NCBI GenBank assembly: GCA_964016885.1
Contig: OZ024744.1
Span: 110,732,001 to 110,796,000 of the forward strand
Reading direction: 5' to 3'
DNA: 64,000 nucleotides
From: Eledone cirrhosa
Lineage: Eukaryota
A program made the translations under genes and the position numbers. Every line of letters starts with the position of its first letter. The stretch's first letter is position 1. Positions 15,701 through 31,200 of this stretch are shown in pieces. Under the pieces are notes generated by a model. It was not told where the DNA came from, did not search any database, and saw only the letters and a list, made by a program, of their open reading frames with translations.

Positions 15701-18700
15701 AAATTACACAATCCACTATAACTTAACTGGCCCTGAACACAGTAAAACTACACAATCCATAATAAGTTACCTTGCTCTGAACAGAGTAAAACTACACTAT
15801 CCACTATAACTTAACTGCCCCTGAACACAGTAAAACTACACAATCCACTATAGCTTACCTTGCCCTGAAAACAGTAAAACTACACAATCCACTATAGCTT
15901 ACCTTGCCCTGAACACATTAAAACTACACAATCCACTATAACTTACCTTGCCCTGAACACAGTAAAACTACACAATCCACTATAAATTACCTTACCCAGA
16001 ACACAGTAAAACTACACAATCCACTATAACTTACCTTGCCCTGAACACATTAAAACTATACAATCCACGATAACTTACCTTGCCCTGAACACAGTAACAC
16101 AACACAATCCACTATAAATTACCTTACCCTGAACACAGTAAAACTACACAATCCACTATAACTTACTTTGCCCTGAACACAGTAAAACTACACAAACCAC
16201 TATAACTTACCTTGCCCCGAAAACAGTAAAACTACACAATCCACTATAAATTACCTTGCCCTGGAAACAGTAAAACTACACAATCCACTATAAATTACCT
16301 TGTCCTGAACACAGTAAAACTACACAATCCACTATAACTTACTTTGCCATGAACACAGTAAAACTAAACAATCCACTATAACTTACCTTGCCCTGAACAC
16401 AGTAAAACTACACATACCACTATAACTGAACTGGCCCTGAACACAGTAAAACTACACAATCCACTACAACTTAATTGGCCCTGAACACAGTAAAACTACA
16501 CAATCCCCTATAACTTATCTGGCCCTGAACACAGTAAAACAACACAATCCACTATAACTTACCTTGCTCTGAACACAGTAAAACTACACAATCCACTATA
16601 ACTTAACTGGCCCTGAACACAGTAAAACTACACAATCCACTATAACTTACCTTGCCCTGAACACAGTGAAACTAAACAATCCACTATAACTTACTATGCC
16701 CTGAACACAGTAAAACTAAACATACCACTATAAATTACCTTGCCCTAAACACAGTAAAATTACACAATCCACTATAGTTTACCTTGCCTTGAACACAGTA
16801 AAACTACACAATCCACTATAAATTACCTTGCCCTGAACACAGTAAAACTACACAATCCACTATAACTTGCCTTGCCCTGAACACAGTAAAACTACTTAAT
16901 TCACTATAACTTACCTTGCCCTGAACACAGTAAAACTACACAATACACTCTACCTAACCTTGCCCTGAACACAGTAAAACTACACAATCCACTATAAATT
17001 ACCTTGCTCTAAACACAGTAAAACTGCACAAACCACTATAAATTACCTTGCTCTAAACACAGTAAAGCTAGACAATCCACTATAACTTACCTTGCCCTGA
17101 ACACAGTAAAACTACACAATCCACTATAACTTAACTGGCCCTGAACGCAGTAAAACTACACAATCCACTATATCTTACCTTGCTCTGAACACAGGAAAAC
17201 TACACAATCCACTATAACTTAACTGGCCCTGACCACAGTAAAACTACACGATCCACTATAACTTAACTGGCCCTGATCACAGTAAAACTACACAATCACT
17301 ATAACTTTTTTTGCCCTGAACACAGTAAAACTACACAAACCACTATCAATTTCCTTGCTCTAAACACAGTAAAGCTAGACAATCCACTATAACTTACCTT
17401 GCCCTGAACACAGTAAAACTACACAATCCACTATAACTTAACTGGCCCTGAACACAGTTAAACTACACAATCCACTATAACTAAACTGGCCCTGAACACA
17501 CTAAACTACAGAATCCACTCTAACTTACTTTGCTCTGAACACAGGAAAACTACACAATCCACTATAACTTAACTGGCCCTGAACACAGTAAAACTACACA
17601 ATCCACTATAACTGAACTGGCCCTGAACACAGTAAAACTAAACAATCCACTATAAGTTACCTTGCTCTGAACACAGTAAAACTACACAATCCACTATAAC
17701 TTACTTTGCCCTGAACACAGTAAAATTACACAATCCACTATAACTTAACTGGCCCTGAACACAGTAAAACTACACAATCCACTATAACTTACTTTGCCCT
17801 GAACACAGTAAAACTACACAATCCACTATAAATTACCTTGCCCTGAAAACAGTAAAACTACACAATCCACTATAAATTACCTTGCCCTGAAAACAGTAAA
17901 ACTACACAATCCACTATAAATTACCTTGCCCTGAACACAGTAAAACTACACAATCCACTATAACTTACTTTGCCATGAACACAGTAAAACTAAACAATCC
18001 ACTATAACTTACCTTGCCCTGAACACAGTAAAACTACACAATCCACTATAACTGAACTGGCCCTGAACACAGTAAAACTACACAATCCACTATAACTTAC
18101 CTTGCTCTGAACACAGTAAAACTACACAATCCACTATAACTTACCTTGCCCTGAACACAGTAAAACTAAACAATCCACTATAACTTACATTGCCCTGAAC
18201 ACAGTAAAACTAAACAAACCACTATAAATTACCTTGCCCTGAACACAGTAAAATTACACAATCCATTATAGTTTACCTTGCCCTGAACACAGTAAAACTA
18301 CACAATACACTATAAATTACCTTGCCCTGAACACAGTAAAACTACACAATCCACTATAACTTGCCTTGCCCTGAACACAGTAAAACTACTTAATTCACTA
18401 TAACTTACCTTGCCCTGAACACAGTAAAACTACACAATACACTATACCTAACCTTGCCCTGAACACAGTAAAACTACACAATCCACTATAACTTACCTTG
18501 CTCTGAACACAGTAAAACTACACAATCCACTATACCTTACCTTGCCCTGAACACAGTAAAACTACACAATCCACTATAACTTAACTGGCCCTGAACACAG
18601 TAAACTACAGAATCCACTATAACTTACCTTGCACTGAACAGAGTAAACTACAGAATCCACTATAACTTACCTTGCCCAGAACAAATTAAAACTACGTAAT

Positions 18701-19549
18701 CCACTATACCTTACCTTGCCCTGAACACAGTAAAACTACACAATCCACTATAGCTTACATTGCTCTGAACACAGTAAAACTACAGAATCCACTATAGCTT
18801 ACCTTGCCCTGAACACAGTAAAACTACACAATCCACTATAACTTACCTTGCCCTGAACACAGTAAAACTACACAATCCACTTTAACTTACCTTGCCCCGA
18901 ACACAGTAAACTACAGAATCCACTATAACTTACCTTGCCCAGAACAAAGTAAAACTACGTAATCCACTATACCTTACCTTGCCCTGAACACAGTAAAATT
19001 ACACAATCCACTATAGCTTACCTTGCCCCGAAAACAGTAAAACTACACAATCCACTATAACTTACGTTGCCCTGATCACAGTAAAACTACACAATCACTA
19101 TAACTTTTTTTGCCCTGAACACAGTAAAACTACACAAACCACTATAAATTTCCTTGCCCTGAACACAGTAAAACTACACAATCTACTATAACTTAACTGG
19201 CCCTGAACACACTAATCTACAGAATCCACTATAACTTACCTTGCTCTGAACACAGTAAAACTAAACAATCCACTATAAGTTACCTTGCTCTGAACACAGT
19301 AAAACTACACAATCCACTATAACTTACCTTGCTCTGAACACAGTAAAACTACACAATCCACTATAACTTACCTTGCTCTGAACACAGTAAAACTACACAA
19401 TCCACTATAACTTACTTTGCCCTGAACACAGTAAAACTACACAAACAACTATAAATTACCTTACACTGAACACAGTAAAACTACATAATCCACTATAACT
19501 TACCTTGCTCTGAAAACAGTAAATCTACACTATCCACTATGAATTACCT

Positions 19550-22500
19550 TGCCCTGAAAACAGTAAAACTTCACAATCCACTATACATTACCTTGCCCTG
19601 AACACACTAAAACTACACAATCCACTATAACTTACTTTGCCCTGAACACAGTAAAATTACACAATCCACTATAACTTAACTGGCCCTGAACACAGTAAAA
19701 CTACACAATCCACTATAACTTACTTTGCCCTGAATACAGTAAAACTACACAATCCACTATAAATTACCTTGCCCTGAAAACAGTAAAACTACACAATCCA
19801 CTATAAATTACCTTGCCCTGAAAACAGTAAAACTACACAATCCACTATAAATTACCTTGCCCTGAACACAGTAAAACTACACAATCCACTATAACTTACT
19901 TTGCCATGAACACAGTAAAACTAAACAATCCACTATAACTTACCTTGCCCTGAACACAGTAAAACTACACAATCCACTATAACTGAACTGGCCCTGAACA
20001 CAGTAAAACTACACAATCCACTATAACTTACCTTGCTCTGAACACAGTAAAACTACACAATCCACTATAACTTACCTTGCCCTGAACACAGTAAAACTAA
20101 ACAATCCACTATAACTTACATTGCCCTGAACACAGTAAAACTAAACAAACCACTATAAATTACCTTGCCCTGAACACAGTAAAATTACACAATCCATTAT
20201 AGTTTACCTTGCCCTGAACACAGTAAAACTACACAATACACTATAAATTACCTTGCCCTGAACACAGTAAAACTACACAATCCACTATAACTTGCCTTGC
20301 CCTGAACACAATAAAACTACTTAATTCACTATAACTTACCTTGCCCTGAACACAGTAAAACTACACAATACACTATACCTAACCTTGCCCTGAACACAGT
20401 AAAACTACACAATCCACTATAACTTACCTTGCTCTGAACACAGTAAAACTACACAATCCACTATACCTTACCTTGCCCTGAACACAGTAAAACTACACAA
20501 TCCACTATAACTTAACTGGCCCTGAACACAGTAAACTACAGAATCCACTATAACTTACCTTGCACTGAACAGAGTAAACTACAGAATCCACTATAACTTA
20601 CCTTGCCCAGAACAAATTAAAACTACGTAATCCACTATACCTTACCTTGCCCTGAACACAGTAAAACTACACAATCCACTATAGCTTACATTGCTCTGAA
20701 CACAGTAAAACTACACAATCCACTATAGCTTACCTTGCCCTGAACACAGTAAAACTACACAATCCACTATAACTTACCTTGCCCTGAACACAGTAAAACT
20801 ACACAATCCATTATAACTTACCTTGCCCTGAACACAGTAAACTACAGAATCCACTATAACTTACCTTGCCCAGAACAAAGTAAAACTACGTAATCCACTA
20901 TACCTTACCTTGCCCTGAACACAGTAAAATTACACAATCCACTATAGCTTACCTTGCCCCGAAAACAGTAAAACTACACAATCCACTATAACTTACCTTG
21001 CCCTGATCACAGTAAAACTACACAATCACTATAACTTTTTTTGCCCTGAACACAGTAAAACTACACAAACCACTATAAATTTCCTTGCCCTGAAAACAGT
21101 AAAACTTCACAATCCACTATACATTACCTTGCCCTGAACACACTAAAACTACACAATCCACTATAACTTACTTTGCCCTGAACACAGTAAAATTACACAA
21201 TCCACTATAACTTAACTGGCCCTGAACACAGTAAAACTACACAATCCACTATAACTTACTTTGCCCTGAATACAGTAAAACTACACAATCCACTATAAAT
21301 TACCTTGCCCTGAAAACAGTAAAACTACACAATCCACTATAAATTACCTTGCCCTGAAAACAGTAAAACTACACAATCCACTATAAATTACCTTGCCCTG
21401 AACACAGTAAAACTACACAATCCACTATAACTTACTTTGCCATGAACACAGTAAAACTAAACAATCCAATATAACTTACCTTGCCCTGAACACAGTAAAA
21501 TTACACAATCCACTATAACTGAACTGGCCCTGAACACAGTAAAACTACACAATCCACTATAACTTACCTTGCTCTGAACACAGTAAAACTACACAATCCA
21601 CTATAACTTACCTTGCCCTGAACACAGTAAAACTAAACAATCCACTATAACTTACATTGCCCTGAACACAGTAAAACTAAACAAACCACTATAAATTACC
21701 TTGCCCTGAACACAGTAAAATTACACAATCCATTATAGTTTACCTTGCCCTGAACACAGTAAAACTACACAATACACTATAAATTACCTTGCCCTGAACA
21801 CAGTAAAACTACACAATCCACTATAACTTGCCTTGCCCTGAACACAGTAAAACTACTTAATTCACTATAACTTACCTTGCCCTGAACACAGTAAAACTAC
21901 ACAATACACTATACCTAACCTTGCCCTGAACACAGTAAAACTACACAATCCACTATAACTTACCTTGCTCTGAACACAGTAAAACTACACAATCCACTAT
22001 ACCTTACCTTGCCCTGAACACAGTAAAACTACACAATCCACTATAACTTAACTGGCCCTGAACACAGTAAACTACAGAATCCACTATAACTTACCTTGCA
22101 CTGAACAGAGTAAACTACAGAATCCACTATAACTTACCTTGCCCAGAACAAATTAAAACTACGTAATCCACTATACCTTACCTTGCCCTGAACACAGTAA
22201 AACTACACAATCCACTATAGCTTACATTGCTCTGAACACAGTAAAACTACACAATCCACTATAGCTTACCTTGCCCTGAACACAGTAAAACTACACAATC
22301 CACTATAACTTACCTTGCCCTGAACACAGTAAAACTACACAATCCATTATAACTTACCTTGCCCTGAACACAGTAAACTACAGAATCCACTATAACTTAC
22401 CTTGCCCAGAACAAAGTAAAACTACGTAATCCACTATACCTTACCTTGCCCTGAACACAGTAAAATTACACAATCCACTATAGCTTACCTTGCCCCGAAA

Positions 22501-24150
22501 ACAGTAAAACTACACAATCCACTATAACTTACCTTGCCCTGATCACAGTAAAACTACACAATCACTATAACTTTTTTTGCCCTGAACACAGTAAAACTAC
22601 ACAAACCACTATAAATTTCCTTGCCCTGAAAACAGTAAAACTTCACAATCCACTATACATTACCTTGCCCTGAACACACTAAAACTACACAATCCACTAT
22701 AACTTACTTTGCCCTGAACACAGTAAAATTACACAATCCACTATAACTTAACTGGCCCTGAACACAGTAAAACTACACAATCCACTATAACTTACTTTGC
22801 CCTGAATACAGTAAAACTACACAATCCACTATAAATTACCTTGCCCTGAAAACAGTAAAACTACACAATCCACTATAAATTACCTTGCCCTGAAAACAGT
22901 AAAACTACACAATCCACTATAAATTACCTTGCCCTGAACACAGTAAAACTACACAATCCACTATAACTTACTTTGCCATGAACACAGTAAAACTAAACAA
23001 TCCAATATAACTTACCTTGCCCTGAACACAGTAAAATTACACAATCCACTATAACTGAACTGGCCCTGAACACAGTAAAACTACACAATCCACTATAACT
23101 TACCTTGCTCTGAACACAGTAAAACTACACAATCCACTATAACTTACCTTGCCCTGAACACAGTAAAACTAAACAATCCACTATAACTTACATTGCCCTG
23201 AACACAGTAAAACTAAACAAACCACTATAAATTACCTTGCCCTGAACACAGTAAAATTACACAATCCATTATAGTTTACCTTGCCCTGAACACAGTAAAA
23301 CTACACAATACACTATAAATTACCTTGCCCTGAACACAGTAAAACTACACAATCCACTATAACTTGCCTTGCCCTGAACACAGTAAAACTACTTAATTCA
23401 CTATAACTTACCTTGCCCTGAACACAGTAAAACTACACAATACACTATACCTAACCTTGCCCTGAACACAGTAAAACTACACAATCCACTATAACTTACC
23501 TTGCTCTGAACACAGTAAAACTACACAATCCACTATACCTTACCTTGCCCTGAACACAGTAAAACTACACAATCCACTATAACTTAACTGGCCCTGAACA
23601 CAGTAAACTACAGAATCCACTATAACTTACCTTGCACTGAACAGAGTAAACTACAGAATCCACTATAACTTACCTTGCCCAGAACAAATTAAAACTACGT
23701 AATCCACTATACCTTACCTTGCCCTGAACACAGTAAAACTACACAATCCACTATAGCTTACATTGCTCTGAACACAGTAAAACTACACAATCCACTATAG
23801 CTTACCTTGCCCTGAACACAGTAAAACTACACAATCCACTATAACTTACCTTGCCCTGAACACAGTAAAACTACACAATCCACTATAACTTACCTTGCCC
23901 TGAACACAGTAAACTACAGAATCCACTATAACTTACCTTGCCCAGAACAAAGTAAAACTACGTAATCCACTATACCTTACCTTGCCCTGAACACAGTAAA
24001 ATTACACAATCCACTATAGCTTACCTTGCCCCGAAAACAGTAAAACTACACAATCCACTATAACTTACCTTGCCCTGATCACAGTAAAACTACACAATCA
24101 CTATAACTTTTTTTGCCCTGAACACAGTAAAACTACACAAACCACTATAA
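19550..24150 (+). repeat. 35-monomer higher-order repeat (1,536 bp), 3 tandem copies; related copy at about 17.7-19.15 kb
   Basis: aaaacttcac at 19565/21101/22637 and gcactgaacagag at 20562/22098/23634, all +1536 (35x44-4). gcactgaacagag is also at 18631 (1,931 bp upstream). Confidence 0.93.
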
Positions 24151-27100
24151 ATTTCCTTGCCCTGAACACAGTAAAACTACACAATCCACTATAACTTAAC
24201 TGGCCCTGAACACACTAATCTACAGAATCCACTATAACTTACCTTGCTCTGAACACAGGAAAACTACACAATCCACTATAACTTAACTGGCCCTGAACAC
24301 AGTAAAACTACACAATCCACTATAACTTACCTTGCACTGAACACAGTAAAACTACACAATCCACTATAACTAAACTGGCCCTGAACACACTAAACTACAG
24401 AATCCACTATAACTTACCTTGCTCTGAACACAGGAAAACTAAACAATCCACTATAACTTAACTAGCCCTGAACACTGTAAAACTACACAATCCACTATAA
24501 CTGAACTGGCCCTGAACACAGTAAAACTAAACAATCCACTATAAGTTACCTTGCTCTGAACACAGTAAAACTATACAATCCACTATAACTTACTTTGCCC
24601 TGAACACAGTAAAACTACACAAACAACTATAAATTACCTTACCCTCAAAACAGTAAAACTACACTATCCACTATGAATTACCTTGCCCTGAACACACTAA
24701 AACTACACAATCCACTATAACTTACTTTGCCCTGAACACAGTAAAATTACACAATCCACTATAACTTAACTGGCACTGAACACAGTAAAACTACACAATC
24801 CACTATAGCTTACCTTGCCCTGAAAACAGTAAAACTACACAATCCACTATAGCTTACCTTGCCCTGAACCCATTAAAACTACACAATCCACTATAACTTA
24901 CCTTGCCCTGAACACAGTAAAACTACACAATCCACTATAAATTACCTTACCCAGAACACAGTAAAACTACACAATCCACTATAACTTACCTTGCCCTGAA
25001 CACATTAAAACTATACAATCCACGATAACTTACCTTGCCCTGAACACAGTAAAACAACACAATCCACTATAAATTACCTTACCCTGAACACAGTAAAACT
25101 ACACAATCCACTATAACTTACTTTGCCCTGAACACAGTAAAACTACACAATCCAATATAAATTACCTTGCCCTGAAAACAGTAAAACTACACGATCCACT
25201 ATAAATTACCTTGCCCTGAACACAGTAAAACTACACAATCCACTATAACTTACTTTGCCATGAACACAGTAAATCTAAACAATCCACTATAACTTACCTT
25301 GCCCTGAACACAGTAAAACTACACAATCCACTATAACTGAACTGGCCCTGAACACAGTAAAACTACACAATCCACTACAACTTAATTGGCCCTGAACACA
25401 GTAAAACTACACAATCCACTATAACTTAACTGGCCCTGAACACAGTAAAACTACACAATCCACTATAACTTACCTTGCTCTGAACACAGTAAAACTACAC
25501 AATCCACTATAACTTAACTGGCCCTGAACACAGTAAAACTACACAATCCACTATAACTTACCTTGCCCTGAACACAGTAAAACTAAACAATCCACTATAA
25601 CTTACATTGCCCTGAACACAGTAAAACTAAACAAACCACTATAAATTACCTTGCCCTGAACACAGTAAAATTACACAATCCACTATAGTTTACCTTGCCC
25701 TGAACACAGTAAAACTACACAATCTACTATAAATTACCTTGCCCTGAACACAGTAAAACTACACAATCCACTATAACTTGCCTTGCCCTGAACACAGTAA
25801 AACTACTTAATTCACTATAACTTACCTTGCCCTGAACACAGTAAAACTACACAATACACTATACCTAACCTTGCCCTGAACACAGTAAAACTACACAATC
25901 CACTATAAATTACCTTGCTCTAAACACAGTAAAGCTAGACAATCCACTATAACTTACCTTGCCCTGAACACAGTAAAACTACACAATCCACTATAACTTA
26001 ACTGGCCCTGAACACAGTAAAACTACACAATCCACTATAACTTAACTGGCCCTGAACACAGTAAAACTACACAATCCACTATATCTAAACCTTGCTCTGA
26101 ACACAGGAAAACTACACAATCCACTATAACTTAACTGGCCCTGAACACACTAAACTACAGAATCCACTATAACTTAACTGACCCTGAACACAGTAAAACT
26201 ACACAATCCACTATAAGTTACCTTGCTCTGAACACAGGAAAACTACACAATCCACTATAACTTAACTGGCCCTGTACACTGTAAATCTACACAATCCACT
26301 ATAACTGAACTGGCACTGAACTCAGTAAAACTACACAATCCACTATAAGTTACCTTGCTCTGAACACAGTAAAACTACACAATCCACTATAACTTACTTT
26401 GCCCTGAACACAGTAAAACTACACAAACAACTATAAATTACCTTACCCTGAACACAGTAAAACTACACGATCCACTATAACTTACTTTACCCTGAACACA
26501 GTAAAACTACACAAACCAATATAACTTACCTTGCCCCGAAAACAGTAAAACTACACTATCCACTATAACTTACTTTGCCATGAACACAGTAAAACTACAC
26601 AATCCACTATAACTTACTTTGCCATGAACACAGTAAAACTACACAATCCACTATAACTTACTTTGCCCTGAACACAGTAAAACTACACAATCCACTATAA
26701 CTTAACTGGCCCTGAACACAGTAAAACTACACAATCCATAATAAGTTACCTTGCTCTGAACAGAGTAAAACTACACAATCCACTATACCTTACCTTGCCC
26801 TGAAAACAGTAAAACTACACAATCCACTATAGCTTACCTTGCCCTGAACACATTAAAACTACACAATCCACTATAACTTACCTTGCCCTGAACAAAGTAA
26901 AACTACACAATCCACTATAAATTACCTTGCCCTGAACACAGTAAAACTAAACAATCCACTATAACTTACATTGCCCTGAACACAGTAAAACTAAACAAAC
27001 CACTATAAATTACCTTACCCTGAACACAGTAAAATTACACAATCCACTATAGTTTACCTTGCCCTGAACACAGTAAAACTACACAATCCACTATAAATTA

Positions 27101-28205
27101 CCTTGCCCTGAACACAGTAAAACTACACAATCCACTATAACTTGCCTTGCCCTGAACACAGTAAAACTACTTAATTCACTATAACTTACCTTGCCCTGAA
27201 CACAGTAAAACTACACAATACACTATACCTAACCTTGCCCTGAACACAGTAAAACTACACAATCCACTATAACTTACCTTGCCCTGAACACAGTAAAACT
27301 ACACAATCCACTATAACTTAACTGGCCCTGAACACAGTAAACTACAGAATCCACTATAACTTGCCTTGCACTGAACACAGTAAACTACAGAATCCACTAT
27401 AACTTACCTTGCCCAGAACAAATTAAAACTACGTAATCCACTATACCTTACCTTGCCCTGAACACAGTAAAACTACACAATCCACTATAGCTTACATTGC
27501 TCTGAACACAGTAAAACTACACAATCCACTATAGCTTACCTTGCCCTGAACACAGTAAAACTACACAATCCACTATAACTTACCTTGCCCTGAACACAGT
27601 AAAACTACACAATCCACTATAACTTACCTTGCCCTGAACACAGTAAACTACAGAATCCACTATAACTTACCTTGCCCAGAACAAAGTAAAACTACGTAAT
27701 CCACTATACCTTACCTTGCCCTGAACACAGTAAAATTACACAATCCACTATAGCTTACCTTGCCCCGAAAACAGTAAAACTACACAATCCACTATAACTT
27801 ACCTTGCCCTGATCACAGTAAAACTACACAATCACTATAACTTTTTTTGCCCTGAACACAGTAAAACTACACAAACCACTATAAATTTCCCTGCTCTAAA
27901 CACAGTAAAGCTAGACAATCCACTATAACTTACCTTGCCCTGAACACAGTAAAACTACACAATCCACTATAACTTAACTGGCCCTGAACACACTAATCTA
28001 CAGAATCCACTATAACTTACCTTGCTCTGAACACAGGAAAACTACACAATCCACTATAACTTAACTGGCCCTGAACACAGTAAAACTACACAATCCACTA
28101 TAACTAAACTGGCCCTGAACACACTAAACTACAGAATCCACTATAACTTACCTTGCTCTGAACACAGGAAAACTAAACAATCCACTATAACTTAACTAGC
28201 CCTGT

Positions 28206-31200
28206 ACACTGTAAAACTACACAATCCACTATAACTGAACTGGCCCTGAACACAGTAAAACTAAACAATCCACTATAAGTTACCTTGCTCTGAACACACT
28301 AAAACTACACAATCCACTATAACTTACTTTGCCCTGAACACAGTAAAATTACACAATCCACTATAACTTAACTGGCCCTGAACACAGTAAAACTACACAA
28401 TCCACTATAGCTTACCTTGCCCTGAAAACAGTAAAACTACACAATCCACTATAGCTTACCTTGCCCTGAACACATTAAAACTACACAATCCACTATAACT
28501 TACCTTGCCCTGAACACAGTAAAACTACACAATCCACTATAAATTACCTTACCCAGAACACAGTAAAACTACACAATCCACTATAACTTACCTTGCCCTG
28601 AACACATTAAAACTATACAATCCACGATAACTTACCTTGCCCTGAACACAGTAAAAAAACACAATCCACTATAAATTACCTTACCCTGAACACAGTAAAA
28701 CTACACAATCCACTATAACTTACTTTGCCCTGAACACAGTAAAACTACACAAACCACTATAACTTACCTTGCCCCGAAAACAATAAAACTACACAATCCA
28801 CTATAAATTACCTTGCCCTGAAAACAGTAAAACTACACAATCCACTATAAATTACCTTGCCCTGAACACAGTAAAACTACACAATCCACTATAACTTACT
28901 TTGCCATGAACACAGTAAAACTAAACAATCCACTATAACTTACCTTGCCCTGAACACAGTAAAACTACACAAACCACTATAATTGAACTGGCCCTGAACA
29001 CAGTAAAACTACACAATCCACTATAACTTAACTGGCCCTGAACACAGTAAAACTACACAATCCACTATAACTTACCTTGCTCTGAACACAGTAAAACTAC
29101 ACAATCCACTATAACTTAACTGGCCCTGAACACAGTAAAACTACACAATCCACTATAACTTACCTTGCCCTGAACACAGTAAAACTAAACAATCCACTAT
29201 AACTTACATTGCCCTGAACACAGTAAAACTAAACAAACGACTATAAATTACCTTGCCCTGAACACAGTAAAATTACACAATCCACTATAGTTTACCTTGC
29301 CCTGAACACAGTAAAACTACACAATCCACTATAAATTACCTTGCCCTGAACACAGTAAAACTACACAATCCACTATAACTTGCCTTGCCCTGAACACAGT
29401 AAAACTACTTAATTCACTATCACTTACCTTGCCCTGAACACAGTAAAACTACACAATACACTATACCTAACCTTGCCCTGAACACAGTAAAACTACACAA
29501 TCCACTATAAATTACCTTGCTCTAAACACAGTAAAGCTAGACAATCCACTATAACTTACCTTGCCCTGAACACAGTAAAACTACACAATCCACTATAACT
29601 TAACTGGCCCTGAACACAGTAAAACTACACAATCCACTATAACTTAACTGGCCCTGAACACAGTAAAACTACACAATCCACTATATCTAAACCTTGCTCT
29701 GAACACAGGAAAACTACACAATCCACTATAACTTAACTGGCCCTGAACACACTAAACTACAGAATCCACTATAACTTAACTGACCCTGAACACAGTAAAA
29801 CTACACAATCCACTATAAGTTACCTTGCTCTGAACACAGGAAAACTACACAATCCACTATAACTTAACTGGCCCTGAACACTGTAAAACTACACAATCCA
29901 CTATAACTGAACTGGCCCTGAACACAGTAAAACTACACAATCCACTATAACTTAACTGGCCCTGAACACAGTAAAACTACACAATGCACTATAACTAAAC
30001 TGGCCCTGAACACACTAAACTACAGAATCCACTATAACTTACCTTGCTCTGAACACAGGAAAACTAAACAATCCACTATAACTTAACTAGCCCTGAACAC
30101 TGTAAAACTACACAATCCACTATAACTGAACTGGCCCTGAACACAGTAAAACTAAACAATCCACTATAAATTACCTTGCTCTGAACACAGTAAAACTACA
30201 CAATCCACTATAACTTACTTTGCCCTGAACACAGTAAAACTACACAAACAACTATAAATTACCTTACCCTGAAAACAGTAAAACTACACTATCCACTATG
30301 AATTACCTTGCCCTGAAAACAGTAAAACTTCACAATCCACTATACATTACCTTGCCCTGAACACACTAAAACTACACAATCCACTATAAATTACTTTGCT
30401 CTGAACACAGTAAAATTACACAATCCACTATAACTTAACTGTCCCTGAACACAGTAAAACTACACAATCCACTATAGCTTACCTTGCCCTGAAAACAGTA
30501 AAACTACACAATCCACTATAGCTTACCTTGCCCTGAACACAGTAAAACTACACAATCCACTATAACTTACCTTGCCCTGAACACAGTAAAACTACACGAT
30601 CCACTATAAATTACCTTACCCAGAACACAGTAAAACTACACAATCCACTATAACTTACCTTGCCCTGAACACAGTAAAACAACACAATCCACTATAAATT
30701 ACCTTACCCTGAACACAGTAAAACTACACAATCCACTATAACTTACTTTGCCCTGAACACAGTAAAACTACACAAACCACTATAACTTACCTTGCCCCGA
30801 AAACAATAAAACTACACAATCCACTATAAATTACCTTGCCCTGAAAACAGTAAAACTACACAATCCACTATAAATTACCTTGCCCTGAACACAGTAAAAC
30901 TACACAATCCACTATAACTTACTTTGCCATGAACACAGTAAAACTAAACAATCCACTATATCTTACCTTGCCCTGAACACAGTAAAACTACACAATCCAC
31001 TATAACTGAACTGGCCCTGAACACAGTAAAACTACACAATCCACTACAACTTAATTGGCCCTGAACACAGTAAAACTACACAATCCACTATAACTTAACT
31101 GGCCCTGAACACAGTAAAACTACACAATCCACTATAACTTACCTTGCTCTGAACACAGTAAAACTACACAATCCACTATAACTTAACTCGCCCTGAACAC

